Source: an uncultured Fibrobacterota bacterium
Lineage (GTDB): Bacteria; Fibrobacterota; Chitinivibrionia; Chitinivibrionales; FEN-1185
NCBI GenBank assembly: GCA_963729895.1
Contig: CAVSQB010000027.1
Location: 32,001 to 96,000, forward strand
DNA length: 64,000 nt
Reading direction: 5' to 3'
Under the pieces are notes generated by a model. That model did not search any database, was not told the DNA's origin, and saw nothing but the letters and a program-made list of their open reading frames with translations. Below are positions 7,773 through 18,204 of this stretch, piece by piece; position 1 is the first letter of the stretch; every line of letters begins with the position of its first letter. The translations under genes were made by a program, and so were the position numbers.

Positions 7773-10700
7773 ATGAAAGCAAATAATCGGTTAAGCACTT
7801 TTTTCATTTTGATGGCAGGTATGTTTTGCCTATCGCAGGCCCAGGCGATTTCCATCACGGGAACGGTCAAAGACGCCGGCGGCAACGCCATCGCCGGCGC
7901 AACGGTACGTCTTGTAGTGGCCGGTATCACGACCTCAACAGACACTAGCGGCGCCTATAGCCTCGGTTCCACGCAGAACCTCCATGCATTGCTCACGCCG
8001 TCCTTTGCCGCCGAGCCGATCATCCAGGGGCTGTCTCTTTCGTTTGCCATTACAAAAGCGCAGCCGGTCCGGATACAACTGTACGACCTGACCGGCAGGC
8101 TGGTTGCCGATCTTGTCAATACGTTGCTCGCACCGGGTGAATACCGGCTACCGCTTGTGAACCAGAATCTCCCGGCAAAAATGTATGTTGTAAAGGCGCG
8201 GATCGGCGCCGTCACCACCACGCACACGCTGAGCTATGTCAATAAATATCCAGGCGTGCAGGGCGGCCTGGTGGTGTGCGTCCACGGCTATGGCGCGGCA
8301 TCCGCGTCTGCAAAGCGCACAGCCGTGGCGGATACCCTTATCGCAACCGCATCAGGGTACGCGGAAGGCCTGAGTCCGATAAGCTCGTATTCCGGCGTCT
8401 ATAATTTTGTCCTGCAAAAAGCTCCCTTTGGCATAACCTATCCCGCGGACGGGGCGAATGTTTACAAGTCTCCAGGCGGCACCATAATCTTTCAGTGGAC
8501 CGGCATGCCCGGCGCAACGGGTTATGCCATAATGGTTGACGGAAATAAAGTGGCCGACAGCATTCCCGCAAATGTTACCTTCGGCGAAGTCGTTGTCACG
8601 ACCATTGCGGCAACGCCGCAGGGCACTTCTCACACGTGGAATGTTGTCGCCCATTCTGCAACGGGCGACAAGGCAAGCAGCTCCGGAAGCTTTGCAATTG
8701 CGGAGGCCATAGACGGCACCACGGGAGCGCCTCTGGGCGGCGCTGGTTCGGGCGCGGTGAAATTCTGCCCATGGAAAGGCCAATTCGCGTTTCAGTCCCA
8801 GACCCCGGCTGGCCAGGTTGATTATGTTCAGCAACCGAATTGGAAATTTTCGCTCTACACCAAAAGCGGTTCGACGGTCGCGACTCAGGCTACTTTGATC
8901 GCGGCACAGCGCATGTATGGTGGTACTAGCCGTTATGACGATGACGCCATCTTCCCTGTCGAATATGCAAATTTTGGTCAGACAAACAACGTGTCGGTAA
9001 CGCTTACCGCATGCGCACCATTTAACCTTTCAGACCAGTATACAATGACATGGCCCGTTGTGTTGTATCACATGACGTTGCGCAACATGAAAAACGACTC
9101 GGTTGATGCGGCCTGCGCATTCCAGATTTCCACCGGCAACACGCCCACGCTCGTTTCCGGAAAAGGCTTTACCGCAGAGGGCGGGTCGCCGTCAATGGCG
9201 GTGTTTGTTAAAAGCAGTGATCCCGCGGCTGTCGTTACCGTTGGAAACGACGGCGGCTTTCTCACATCCGGCGCGCTTAACAATACACTGTCCGGTACGA
9301 CCAACATGGTCGCGTCGAAAGTCAAGCTTGGCCCCGGCGACCAAAAGGAAATCGAATTTGTCCTTTCGTGGTACCAGTCCAACGATCCGACCGGTTACTA
9401 TTACGAAAATCTGGGTACAAGTGCGCAAGCCTTTGCCCAGAACGGTCTTGACAGTTTCGCCGTCATGGAATCGAACGCTACGCAATTCGTGCAGCGCTTC
9501 CGCGCATCCAATGTTCCCGACTGGATCGTGAACACCACGCTGGATCAGACTACCTGGACGAACAGCAGCATCTATACAAAAGACGGCCGCTATAGCGAAT
9601 GGGAAGGCGTGTACACATGGTTCGGCCAGATGGACCAGGGGTGGCATGCTTTCGGTTCCGAGATATGGCGCATCAGCGGCCCGATGTTTTCCTGGCCCAA
9701 GGCTGCCGAAATGGAATTCTGGGGAAGCACCGAGATGGTTGGCGGCGACAACGACGGACAGATTTCCCACGATTTTACCGGGACCCCGACCGACCACAAA
9801 ACCGTTGAGTGGGGTAATCCCGGCTATCATGGCTGGGGTGGTCCCAATTGGGTGGACCTCGATTGCGGATTCCTCTTCGGCGTTTACGAATCGTTTGTCG
9901 CAACCGGTAACAAGACGCGTATGGACGCCTACTGGTCGTATTTTCAGCGAACCGCGCAACGGCTGTACAGAATGGCCACCGTCGACTTCGGTAACACAAC
10001 GTATCCCTTTACCGTTTCGAATACCGGGGCAACCTACGACAAGGGTCCGATGAACCACGATCTTTACAACTCCGGACTAGCCCTTACGGCGTTCAAGATC
10101 ATTGCCGAAATGGCCGGAGTTTACGGCGACGTCGGGATGCAGGACAGCTTTACAACCGCATACAACACCGGTATCGCCTCCTTTAGAGCGCGGTTCCTGG
10201 CCAATCCGTCGATGGGCACAAACGAGGAGCCGACGTTTGCCGGGCTGGCAATGTCTTTGTACTTTCATAAAGACCAGATGTTTGCCGACGCCGATATCAA
10301 CAATACTATATCGTACTTGGACGGATTCTTTAATCCACTCTCCAATGGCATGGCGGCTGCGTCCAACGACGGTGAAAATGAAGGATGGGTTCCGTACCTA
10401 TTGGGTCACCTTGGCCTCGCATACTTGAACACCAACCATGTTAACGAATGGCGGGCGTTTCAAAAGGATTTTTACAACAGGTATTTCGAAAACCGTAGCA
10501 GGGTTTTCAACGGCAATATTTACCTGTGTTACGAAGGACTCGGCAACAATTACGCTTCCGGCGATTGGAGCGGCAACACTTTTTACGTAAGCTTGCCGGT
10601 AGTATGGCGGAGTTACTATTCCCTTATCGGTTTCTGGTTCAATGCATACACAAACGAATTGTATGTGGAGCCTAAACTTCCGTCCACGACCGACAAGTGG

Positions 10701-11024
10701 GACGTGTCGATGAATCACGTGCTCAAAAACGCATTTTTCTGCACGCCCGCAAATGGCGGAAATTACGGCACCATTTCCTACACTGAAAGCGGGACCACGT
10801 ACGAGAAACAGAACATAACGGTTCGTTTCGATAAACCGCAAAAGGTCTCGGCAATTTACATTTCGGATAGATTCCCGGCTGGTTCGACCACGATTGGCGT
10901 TACGGTCAACGGGGCAGCCGCGACGTTTACCCGCGTCGGAAGCGGTTCGTTCGATCATCGCGTCAAGATAAACTGGTCCGGCACGGTTGATTCAACCGGC
11001 GTTCTTATCGGTGCCAGCGACTAG
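7773..11024 (+). CDS. Secreted GH116-like glycoside hydrolase with N-terminal Ig-like and T9SS-CTD-like modules
   Basis: Signal peptide; GAPLGGAGSGAV (GH116 N-terminal motif); YSEWEG, GQMD, GQISHD, WVDLDCGF, TYD catalytic-region motifs. Confidence 0.75.
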   Translation: MKANNRLSTFFILMAGMFCLSQAQAISITGTVKDAGGNAIAGATVRLVVAGITTSTDTSGAYSLGSTQNLHALLTPSFAAEPIIQGLSLSFAITKAQPVRIQLYDLTGRLVADLVNTLLAPGEYRLPLVNQNLPAKMYVVKARIGAVTTTHTLSYVNKYPGVQGGLVVCVHGYGAASASAKRTAVADTLIATASGYAEGLSPISSYSGVYNFVLQKAPFGITYPADGANVYKSPGGTIIFQWTGMPGATGYAIMVDGNKVADSIPANVTFGEVVVTTIAATPQGTSHTWNVVAHSATGDKASSSGSFAIAEAIDGTTGAPLGGAGSGAVKFCPWKGQFAFQSQTPAGQVDYVQQPNWKFSLYTKSGSTVATQATLIAAQRMYGGTSRYDDDAIFPVEYANFGQTNNVSVTLTACAPFNLSDQYTMTWPVVLYHMTLRNMKNDSVDAACAFQISTGNTPTLVSGKGFTAEGGSPSMAVFVKSSDPAAVVTVGNDGGFLTSGALNNTLSGTTNMVASKVKLGPGDQKEIEFVLSWYQSNDPTGYYYENLGTSAQAFAQNGLDSFAVMESNATQFVQRFRASNVPDWIVNTTLDQTTWTNSSIYTKDGRYSEWEGVYTWFGQMDQGWHAFGSEIWRISGPMFSWPKAAEMEFWGSTEMVGGDNDGQISHDFTGTPTDHKTVEWGNPGYHGWGGPNWVDLDCGFLFGVYESFVATGNKTRMDAYWSYFQRTAQRLYRMATVDFGNTTYPFTVSNTGATYDKGPMNHDLYNSGLALTAFKIIAEMAGVYGDVGMQDSFTTAYNTGIASFRARFLANPSMGTNEEPTFAGLAMSLYFHKDQMFADADINNTISYLDGFFNPLSNGMAAASNDGENEGWVPYLLGHLGLAYLNTNHVNEWRAFQKDFYNRYFENRSRVFNGNIYLCYEGLGNNYASGDWSGNTFYVSLPVVWRSYYSLIGFWFNAYTNELYVEPKLPSTTDKWDVSMNHVLKNAFFCTPANGGNYGTISYTESGTTYEKQNITVRFDKPQKVSAIYISDRFPAGSTTIGVTVNGAAATFTRVGSGSFDHRVKINWSGTVDSTGVLIGASD

Positions 11025-11084
11025 GGATTCAACCTTTTTCCGTGACGGTTCTATAGGTGGTGATGGATGTACGGGCCGGTGTAC

Positions 11085-11109
11085 GGGCGCTCATGTGAGC
11101 GCCCCTTTT
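11085..11109 (+). terminator. Rho-independent terminator
   Basis: GGGCGCTCA-TG-TGAGCGCCC followed by CTTTT. Confidence 0.6.
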
Positions 11110-11168
11110 CATTACCTGCTGACTTCCATATCCATGAGTGTCCTCATTTTTAAAAGAGCGATATTTTT

Positions 11169-12458
11169 ATGGACAGGATGCGCGACAAAACCTATGCAGG
11201 GCTGACGCAGGTTGCGGTTGCCTCATACGTTGTTTTCATTTATCTCTTTTTCGCTGTTTTCAACAAGTTTCATCTCATCTACCAGGAACAAGCCCAATTA
11301 TTTCTTTTCGATTGGAACTACTTCTTCGGTTTTCTTGCCAAGCCGGGCGGGTTGATTTCCTATTTCGGCGCGTTCTGCACCCAGTTTTTCGCTGTATCAT
11401 GGCTGGCCGCGCTTCTCGTCACCGGCGCGGTGCTGGCGATTTACGCTCTTGTCAAATTAGTCGTTAGGAGCATCGGGCTGCATTCCGCTGTATGGGCCTT
11501 GGTTCCGGCCGTGCTTATCGTTGCATTGCAAAGCAGCGCGACCTATCCGCTCGGCAATACGCTGGGATTTCTAATCGCGCTCGCCTTCATAGCGGCATAT
11601 ATGCGCATCAAACCGATAAAAATACGGGTTGGATTCGGTATCGTCGGATTGGTCCTGCTCCATTTCGCGTGCGGTGGTTATTCGCTGGTTTCTGCTTCGG
11701 CATGTTTCATGCACGAACTCCTGTTTCGGCGAAGTAAATTCCGCTTTGTCATTGCGGGGGCGTATGCGGTTCTGGCCGCGTGCGTTCCGTATTTCGCGGG
11801 GCGGAATTTCTATGCTGTTGGTTTTGCCGGCTCCTGGACAAACCCCATTCCTTCGGTCCTACCTGTTCCATTGGGATTTGAATTGTTTTTCGCACTTGCC
11901 TATGTCCCGTTTCTTATGGCGGTAGCGGCGATCCGCGAGGCATTTCCGGCAAAAGTGAAAGTACCGGCGCATTCCGGAACCGGGAAAAATGGAATACTAA
12001 AGGCGATTTTATCTGCGGTGATACTTGTCGGCTTGCCGGCAGCCGCCTATGATTACAAATCCGAGTGTATTCTCGGAATGGATCATTATGCCCAAACCAA
12101 AAAATGGGACCGCGTATTGACATTTGCGAAATTATATCCAGGTGTCAACCGTCTGGTGACCTATTACGCTAATCTGGCATTATCCAAGACCGGACGGCTT
12201 GGCGATGAGATGTTTGCGTATCCCCAGAATGGAACCGCGGGCCTGTTTCTCCCGTGCGATGCGGTTCCCCAAAACCTTTTTTTCGGGGGAGATCTTCCCT
12301 ATCACCTGAGCTTTGTCAGCGCGGCATACCGTTTCGCGTTCGAATCGATGGTGGTAAACGGTCCAACTCCGCGCTCGCTCAAAAGGCTGACGATCACCTG
12401 TCTCATAAACGGCGATTACCCCCAGGCTCAAAAATATCTGGCTGTGTTGAGCCTGTAG
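11169..12458 (+). pseudogene. DUF6057-like membrane protein truncated by IS1182
   Basis: HLIYQEQAQLFLFDWNYF...PGGL, YYANLALSKTGRLGDEMFAYPQ motifs; the stop codon lies inside the IS inverted repeat. Confidence 0.7.
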
Positions 12459-14214
12459 AAAAACCTGGATTTGCCGCCGTCTCTTGGTTTGTTGAAAAAC
12501 TAGGTTGTACCAGTCCGCAAAATCAAGATGATTTAAAACGAAACAATGAAACAGGTTGAAAATGAAGTCGAATCAGCTTTTTTCATCCACACGGACTATT
12601 CTCCCAGGTTAAACCGCCCACTGAGGGGCGTAATTGCATATCTTCTCGATATTATGCACAAGACAATATAACAGCCACTGTATATTCACTTTGCGCTTTG
12701 TCCTGAGAGTAAATCGGTCCATTCGTTTCGCCCCACGGATGTTTCCAAATACCGGCTCAATGATTGCCATCCGCTTGCTGTAAATCTCCCTTCCATCCGG
12801 CGTATCGATCTTGGACGCCATTTCCTTGACCAGGTACTGGTACGGGTCTTTATTTATATTGATTGACTTGCTCTTCGAACGCTCGTTTCTCATGCACCTG
12901 GCTTTCAGGCCACACACGCCGCAGTCACGGCGTGAAGCCTTGTACGCATAATAGTTCAATCCCAGAATCTGCATAAGATTTTTGTTGGTATGCAGCTTTT
13001 TCCCCGCTGGACAAATGTAGCATCCGCTTCTCTTGTCATAATGGAAGTCGGAAGTCTCAAAAAACTTCTCTCGCGGTATGTCATTCCCCTTGTGTCGAAA
13101 CGCCGTCGAAAACCGCGGGTCTCGTTTTCTAAAATTGTTGTCCGGGATATATCCATCCGCCCGTTCATTATGGAGCACCTTCAGGTTTTCGATGCTATGA
13201 AAATTGGAATCGGCGGTGATGACAGCACCCTCAAGCACGTCTGGACCTAACCCCGCTTCTTTCAAGTTCGTCTTTAAACCTTGCATGACAGGCGCAAGCG
13301 TGTCTCCTTCCTGACCTTCACCGAACGCTTCCGTGTGAACGACAATCTGATGCTTCGCGTCAACCGCGGCCACACCAGTATACCCTTGGATAACACCATG
13401 CGACGTCTTCATCTTCGCGCTTTCATTGTCCGTAATATTGCTCTGCCGCACCCTGCGGCGTTTGCCCGGCTTGTCCTCGTTCTCCGAGAGCCACTTTTCA
13501 AGCTTGTCAATCTTCGCCTGCGCCGCTTTGAGACGGTCGTCAAAGTTTCTGTCCTCGTCTTCGCTTATCTCACCACGCTTGTCCTTCTCTATGTGACGCT
13601 TTACCATGTAATCGAGCGCTTTTATCAGTTTCTCCCGCTTTTTTCCTAAATCCTCCTTAGTCCCGCTCCACTCCTTGGATGCGTTCGACGAAATCTTGCA
13701 CCCGTCTATGGCAAACATGCTGCCCTCGATTAGATCCAATTCCAAACAGACAAGCACGACCTGACGGAACAATGGCAGGATTTCCTCCTGCATGCTCGAT
13801 ACGAAATCCGCTATCGTGGTAAAATGGGGGTGACTATCCGCCGAAAGCGCCATGAACACCACGTTCTCGTCACAAAGCTGTGCAATTTTCCGGGAGGATA
13901 CGACCCCTTTGGAATAGGCATACAGAACAATTTTAAGGAGAATGGCGGGGTCGAATGCCGGTGCGCCGTTGTCGTCGTTCTTAAAACGGCGATGAAACAA
14001 AGTAAGATCAAGGGTATTTACGGTCTTGCTGATGGTATACTCAAACGTTCCGGGAAGAATCTGGCGATCAAAGGAGAGGGGGATCATCTTGGTCTGTTCG
14101 TAGGAGTACGGCTTGAAACGAGGCATCAGGCTCCTTTCGCTTATATTTACATATGGTAATATAAGGAAAAAGATGCCGGTCCGCTTAGAAAAGATGGGGT
14201 TTTCCTACAGCCTC
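12449..14214 (-). mobile_element. IS1182-family insertion sequence
   Basis: Terminal IRs GAGCCTGTAGAAAAACC / GGTTTTCCTACAGCCTC; GTT(G) on both flanks. Confidence 0.85.
12609..14126 (-). CDS. IS1182-family transposase
   Basis: GAPAFDPAILLK, SSRKI, PHFTTIADF, AIDGCK, ITADSNF, YSKRMAIIEPVFGNI. Confidence 0.92.
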   Translation of the reverse strand: MPRFKPYSYEQTKMIPLSFDRQILPGTFEYTISKTVNTLDLTLFHRRFKNDDNGAPAFDPAILLKIVLYAYSKGVVSSRKIAQLCDENVVFMALSADSHPHFTTIADFVSSMQEEILPLFRQVVLVCLELDLIEGSMFAIDGCKISSNASKEWSGTKEDLGKKREKLIKALDYMVKRHIEKDKRGEISEDEDRNFDDRLKAAQAKIDKLEKWLSENEDKPGKRRRVRQSNITDNESAKMKTSHGVIQGYTGVAAVDAKHQIVVHTEAFGEGQEGDTLAPVMQGLKTNLKEAGLGPDVLEGAVITADSNFHSIENLKVLHNERADGYIPDNNFRKRDPRFSTAFRHKGNDIPREKFFETSDFHYDKRSGCYICPAGKKLHTNKNLMQILGLNYYAYKASRRDCGVCGLKARCMRNERSKSKSININKDPYQYLVKEMASKIDTPDGREIYSKRMAIIEPVFGNIRGAKRMDRFTLRTKRKVNIQWLLYCLVHNIEKICNYAPQWAV

Positions 14215-14400
14215 GTTGGCTGTATGTACCACGGCTGAATTCTTTACGGGCGCTTATTTATTTCTAATTGAAGTTGTCCATTCGGGCATTGACACCTCAA
14301 TTTCCGGTTTGCTTTGTGAAACGCAATATGCAAGAGTCTTTCCTTCATGCTTAATGTCTAGATGAGTCTCTGTAATTGTAAGAAATTGGCTATATTTTAA

Positions 14401-15694
14401 GGGGACCTCTAAAAATTGCCTAATTTGCCCAATTAATGCTTGACAAAGGCTATTTCGTCAATTATTTTAATTCCAGACAACAAACCTGCGAACCCACTAC
14501 CGTCTGGAGGATATTGCGATGGGACAGATAGGCCTTTTTGACCTTGAGAATCGCCTTTCCGAGCTTTCCGAAATGGGAGACCCTCTTGAAACCATCAATC
14601 GGGCCATACGTTGGAAGAGTTTTCGTCCTGTTATTGACAAGGCTTTTCGCAAGGAACGGAAGAGCAACGCCGGTCGTCCACCGTACGATTATATCCTGAT
14701 GTTCAAGATTCTCGTGTTGCAGACGATGTATGGGCTTTCCGATGCGCAAACCCAGTTTCAGATTCTGGACCGATTGACGTTCAAACGGTTTCTTGAACTC
14801 ACTTCCGAGGATAGCATTCCCGACGAGAAAACGGTCTGGTTGTTTCGGGAAACGCTGACACAAGCAGGCGTTGTCAAGAAGCTGTTTGACCTGTTCGGTC
14901 GTCAGTTGAACGAAGCGGGTTACACTGCCCAGAAAGGCCAAATAATAGATGCGAGTTTTGTCGAGGTACCTCGCCAGAGAAACACGCGGGAGGAGAATAA
15001 AGAAATCAAGAACGGGGGCACGCCGCAGGAATGGGAAAAGCACCCTGAGAAACTTCGTCAGAAAGATGTTGATGCGCGATGGACGAAGAAGAACGATCAG
15101 ACGTTTTTTGGCTACAAGAACCATGCGTCGGTAGACGCGAAGCATAAAATCATTCGAGACTATGCGGCGACATCCGCAGAAGTGCACGACTCCAATATGC
15201 TTGAACCTCTCCTTAATCCTGAGAACACGAACGCGGACGTGTTTGCCGACAGCGCGTATCATTCGGAAAAGGCGGAACAAAGGCTTGATTATCTCTGGTA
15301 CAGAAGCAAAATATGTGTCAAAGGGACTCGTGGCGCACCATTGACGGAAGCACAATTGGCACAGAACCGGAAGAAATCCAAAGTCAGATCGCGTATAGAA
15401 CATGTGTTTGCTCAAATAGAAATCATGTTTCGTGGCAGGATCAGGTGTATCGGGCGGCTGAGGGCCGCGGCGAAGATAGGACTCCTGAACCTGGTTTACA
15501 ACATAAAACGCTTTGCATATCTTGAGTGCCACGCCTGAAAAGCGGGACAGGACCGCACAAGGCCCCCAAAGGGACCGAAAAAAGAACAGTTTTGGGCACC
15601 TATCAGACAAATAGACGCCCTGACATCGCGAAATAATACTATCTGTCAACATGATCTTGGAATCTACTATTTTACAGAATTTTTAGAGGTCCCC
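14401..15694 (+). mobile_element. IS5-family insertion sequence, copy 1 (1294 bp)
   Basis: Perfect 17-bp IRs GGGGACCTCTAAAAATT; TTAA target duplication at 14397-14400 and 15695-15698. Confidence 0.95.
14519..15538 (+). CDS. IS5-family transposase
   Basis: GRPPYD, IPDEKTVWLFRE, IIDAS, DVDARWTKK, FGYKNH, VFADSAY, RSRIEHVF (DDE). Confidence 0.95.
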   Translation: MGQIGLFDLENRLSELSEMGDPLETINRAIRWKSFRPVIDKAFRKERKSNAGRPPYDYILMFKILVLQTMYGLSDAQTQFQILDRLTFKRFLELTSEDSIPDEKTVWLFRETLTQAGVVKKLFDLFGRQLNEAGYTAQKGQIIDASFVEVPRQRNTREENKEIKNGGTPQEWEKHPEKLRQKDVDARWTKKNDQTFFGYKNHASVDAKHKIIRDYAATSAEVHDSNMLEPLLNPENTNADVFADSAYHSEKAEQRLDYLWYRSKICVKGTRGAPLTEAQLAQNRKKSKVRSRIEHVFAQIEIMFRGRIRCIGRLRAAAKIGLLNLVYNIKRFAYLECHA

Positions 15695-16275
15695 TTAAAT
15701 ATTTCGAGAACAGGAACTTTTTTGAAATGGCTGAGCATCTTGAAGCTAGGCATAGAGCAGTACGGGGATGAATACGCGTAGGCAATCTAAGTGTGTCTAG
15801 TGAAATATCGTTAGGAGATCTACTCATTTTACATCCAAGAGAACGACTATACGACGTAAAAACTGAATTCCAAGATAAAGCATCCAGTTTGGATAAGCTG
15901 AGATTTATCCTGCCGATTAGTTTCTGCAGTGTTGAAGGGCCAGCCCAAGTCATGCTTGCTAATAGTACAGTCATTTCCTCTTGCTGGTTTGTGATTAAAT
16001 CGAATTGCTCCATCCACCACACCGTGTTTCCTGATTTCAAACGTGCAGCAAGCACGCGGTCACATATTGAACTATCCTTGCCAATGAGGTTAGTTGAGTT
16101 CGAACCGGCATTGCCTTTGGCTGCACCAACAGCTCGGAAAGAAAAAAACTATGTCGCGACCACCATCCGGTTGTCCGACCGGATAGCACTGCAAATCTGC
16201 AAATTCACGGCTCAATAGTGATTGACAGAACTGCTGGAATCGTTCTGGGCCTAAATTCTCGTACTGATAATCCAT
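15695..16275 (-). pseudogene. Decayed restriction-endonuclease-domain (Mrr-like/NACHT-associated) gene fragments
   Basis: MDYQYENLGPERFQQFCQSLL...GQPDGGRD N-terminus; the frame then breaks; a second fragment is interrupted by IS5 and reads on to about 14250; AT-rich. Confidence 0.55.
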
Positions 16276-16754
16276 ATAGAAACCCTTTCGGTTAGGGTAA
16301 TGAACAAAAGAAAATGCAATTGCCTATTTTGGGTTTAATTGACCTTTTCTGTTGGAAATTTCCGAAATGCGCCACTGCTTTTAAATCTTGGATTGCAGCA
16401 TGTCCACTAACTACAGGTATGTTGCAACTCCACCTTCCTGCCAAAACGGCATGTATGTTGTAAGATACCTTCGTCATACCTGCCAAATCAGGTCATTATA
16501 TGAAGGCCCATATGACTTGGCCGTTCACCCCGCAATCCTCCCCATCGGCCAGCACGCAATTCCTCGCGATTTCTTTTCGCCAAGTTTCCTTGATTTTCGC
16601 CGCTTGATCTAAGTTCGACCTTAGTCCCTTATTATCCCTCCCGCCACCCAAAAAAGTCAACGAAATCAGTTTCGTGGCGCCAAGACTGCTGCCGGCGCGG
16701 CGCCGCTCCATCCACCCATTGCCGGCGATCCTCCCGGAAAATCCATTTTTCCCC

Positions 16755-17102
16755 TCGCCGACTCGCGAGGTCATCAAACCGAATCTTTCCGGTCACTTCG
16801 CGAACCCGCGATCCTCGGTTTGACATCTTTCCCACTCCTCGCGGACGCGCGAAGCCCCTGACGAACTCTTTCTGACGGTCTCGCGGAGTCGCGAGCCTGC
16901 CGATGAAACCTTTCAACCACTTCGCGGACGCGCGAACCCCCGGATGAGACATTTCCGATCACTTCGCGGACGCGCGAACCCCCAGATGAGACATTTCCGA
17001 CCACCCAGCGGATGCGCGAACCCCCGGATGATATCTTCCCAGCCATTTCGCCGGCTCGCGGAGCACCGGCAAACAACTTTCTTTGGTTTCCCGGGCTCGC
17101 GG
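16755..17102. repeat. Tandem array of 9 units of 41-43 bp, each with palindrome TCGCG-N4-CGCGA
   Basis: Palindromes start at 16755, 16798, 16839, 16881, 16922, 16964, 17006, 17048, 17089. Confidence 0.85.
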
Positions 17103-17607
17103 ACTTAAAACAAGCTTTCATTAATGGATTCCTCAAAATTCAGTGTGTTGTGTGACTTGTCTTCCCGCCATCAGCGATGCCGCACGGCCGACGGATTGGC
17201 CGCTCGTGATCCAGGGAAGGTGTCATTATTCGGCTTCTTTTTGTTTTTTCCAACGCCATCTAGCCCAAAGGCGCTATCCGGGCCGGTGAATCCCGCAGTT
17301 TGCTTGTCCCTCGTAGCACCCAAAAGGGGCAGAGTGGGCGGGGTAAGGGCTTCCCATGATTCTCGCAAAATAAACTTACCCGGGGGGTCACTCTGCATAG
17401 CAATCCACATGCATTTGTGCAGCAAAGGGGGAAACAAAAACAGTTCTAGATTATTTGCTTTTTGCGTTAGCAGGCTGGAGCGCAGCGCCGACCCGACCCG
17501 GAGTCGCGTCGAGAGGAAGGGAAACGCCCGACTTTAATTCATTATCACATTATTACAGCATAACAGCGCCCCCTGTTGGAAGCGCTGTAATGAGGTTTCC
17601 GAAGCGA

Positions 17608-17976
17608 CTATTTAGCGGCCGGAGCCGGGGTCTCGGGTTTTTCCTGAGGCGCCGTTCCCGCCGGGCAGTTCTTATCACCGCGCATTTGCATACCGTTCAT
17701 CCAAGGTCTCTGAAAATGTCCCATGAAACCGGGATGCCCCCGGAACTGGGTCCGATCCATCATGCAGCACGCTGCCTGAAAGTTACCTCTATGGAAATGC
17801 CTGGCCGCAACAGGAGATACGAGCGTGAGTCCTGCTATGACAAACAGGATTATGGCCAATATCCTTCCAAAGGAAGCCACTCCCTTGGGCGTTGCCGGCT
17901 GCGTGGAACTCCACAGAGCAAAATAACCGAAACCCACCAACAAAGACGCTGCAACTAAAGCAAAGATAAGATGCAT
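17608..17976 (-). CDS. Hypothetical membrane protein
   Basis: Two hydrophobic helices plus Met/Gly-rich tail; RBS GGTGG upstream. Confidence 0.6.
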   Translation of the reverse strand: MHLIFALVAASLLVGFGYFALWSSTQPATPKGVASFGRILAIILFVIAGLTLVSPVAARHFHRGNFQAACCMMDRTQFRGHPGFMGHFQRPWMNGMQMRGDKNCPAGTAPQEKPETPAPAAK

Positions 17977-18204
17977 ACCATCACCACCCTTTCACGATCC
18001 ATGTTTAATTCGGCGGTCTACGCCGCCTGTTGGAATCTCTTTTACCCTTTTACGCCCTGATCCTCCCCGGGTTCACATAATTCGACAAAGGTTTGGGCCT
18101 GAGTGTTACAGGTATTCGAGAAATAGTTGCATGTGTTGGGTCTCTATCTTTTGCCCCACGGGATGAGCGTGTCCGGATCGATATCCTTGTTTCAAATAAC
18201 GTGT

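Noticed and set aside
14462..15652. 396-aa ORF antisense to the IS5 transposase (also 52544-53734)
   Set aside because: Shadow ORF on the opposite strand with no recognisable motifs
16755..17102. CRISPR or TIGR-Tas guide array, or a real repeat protein (ORFs 16632-16952, 16774-17136)
   Set aside because: Inter-palindrome segments are related to each other, there is no adjacent Cas or Nop-domain gene, and 41/43-bp units shift the reading frame
17160..17535. Structured ncRNA or group II intron fragment
   Set aside because: No recognisable domain V or known RNA motif; parts match the mosaic repeat modules found elsewhere
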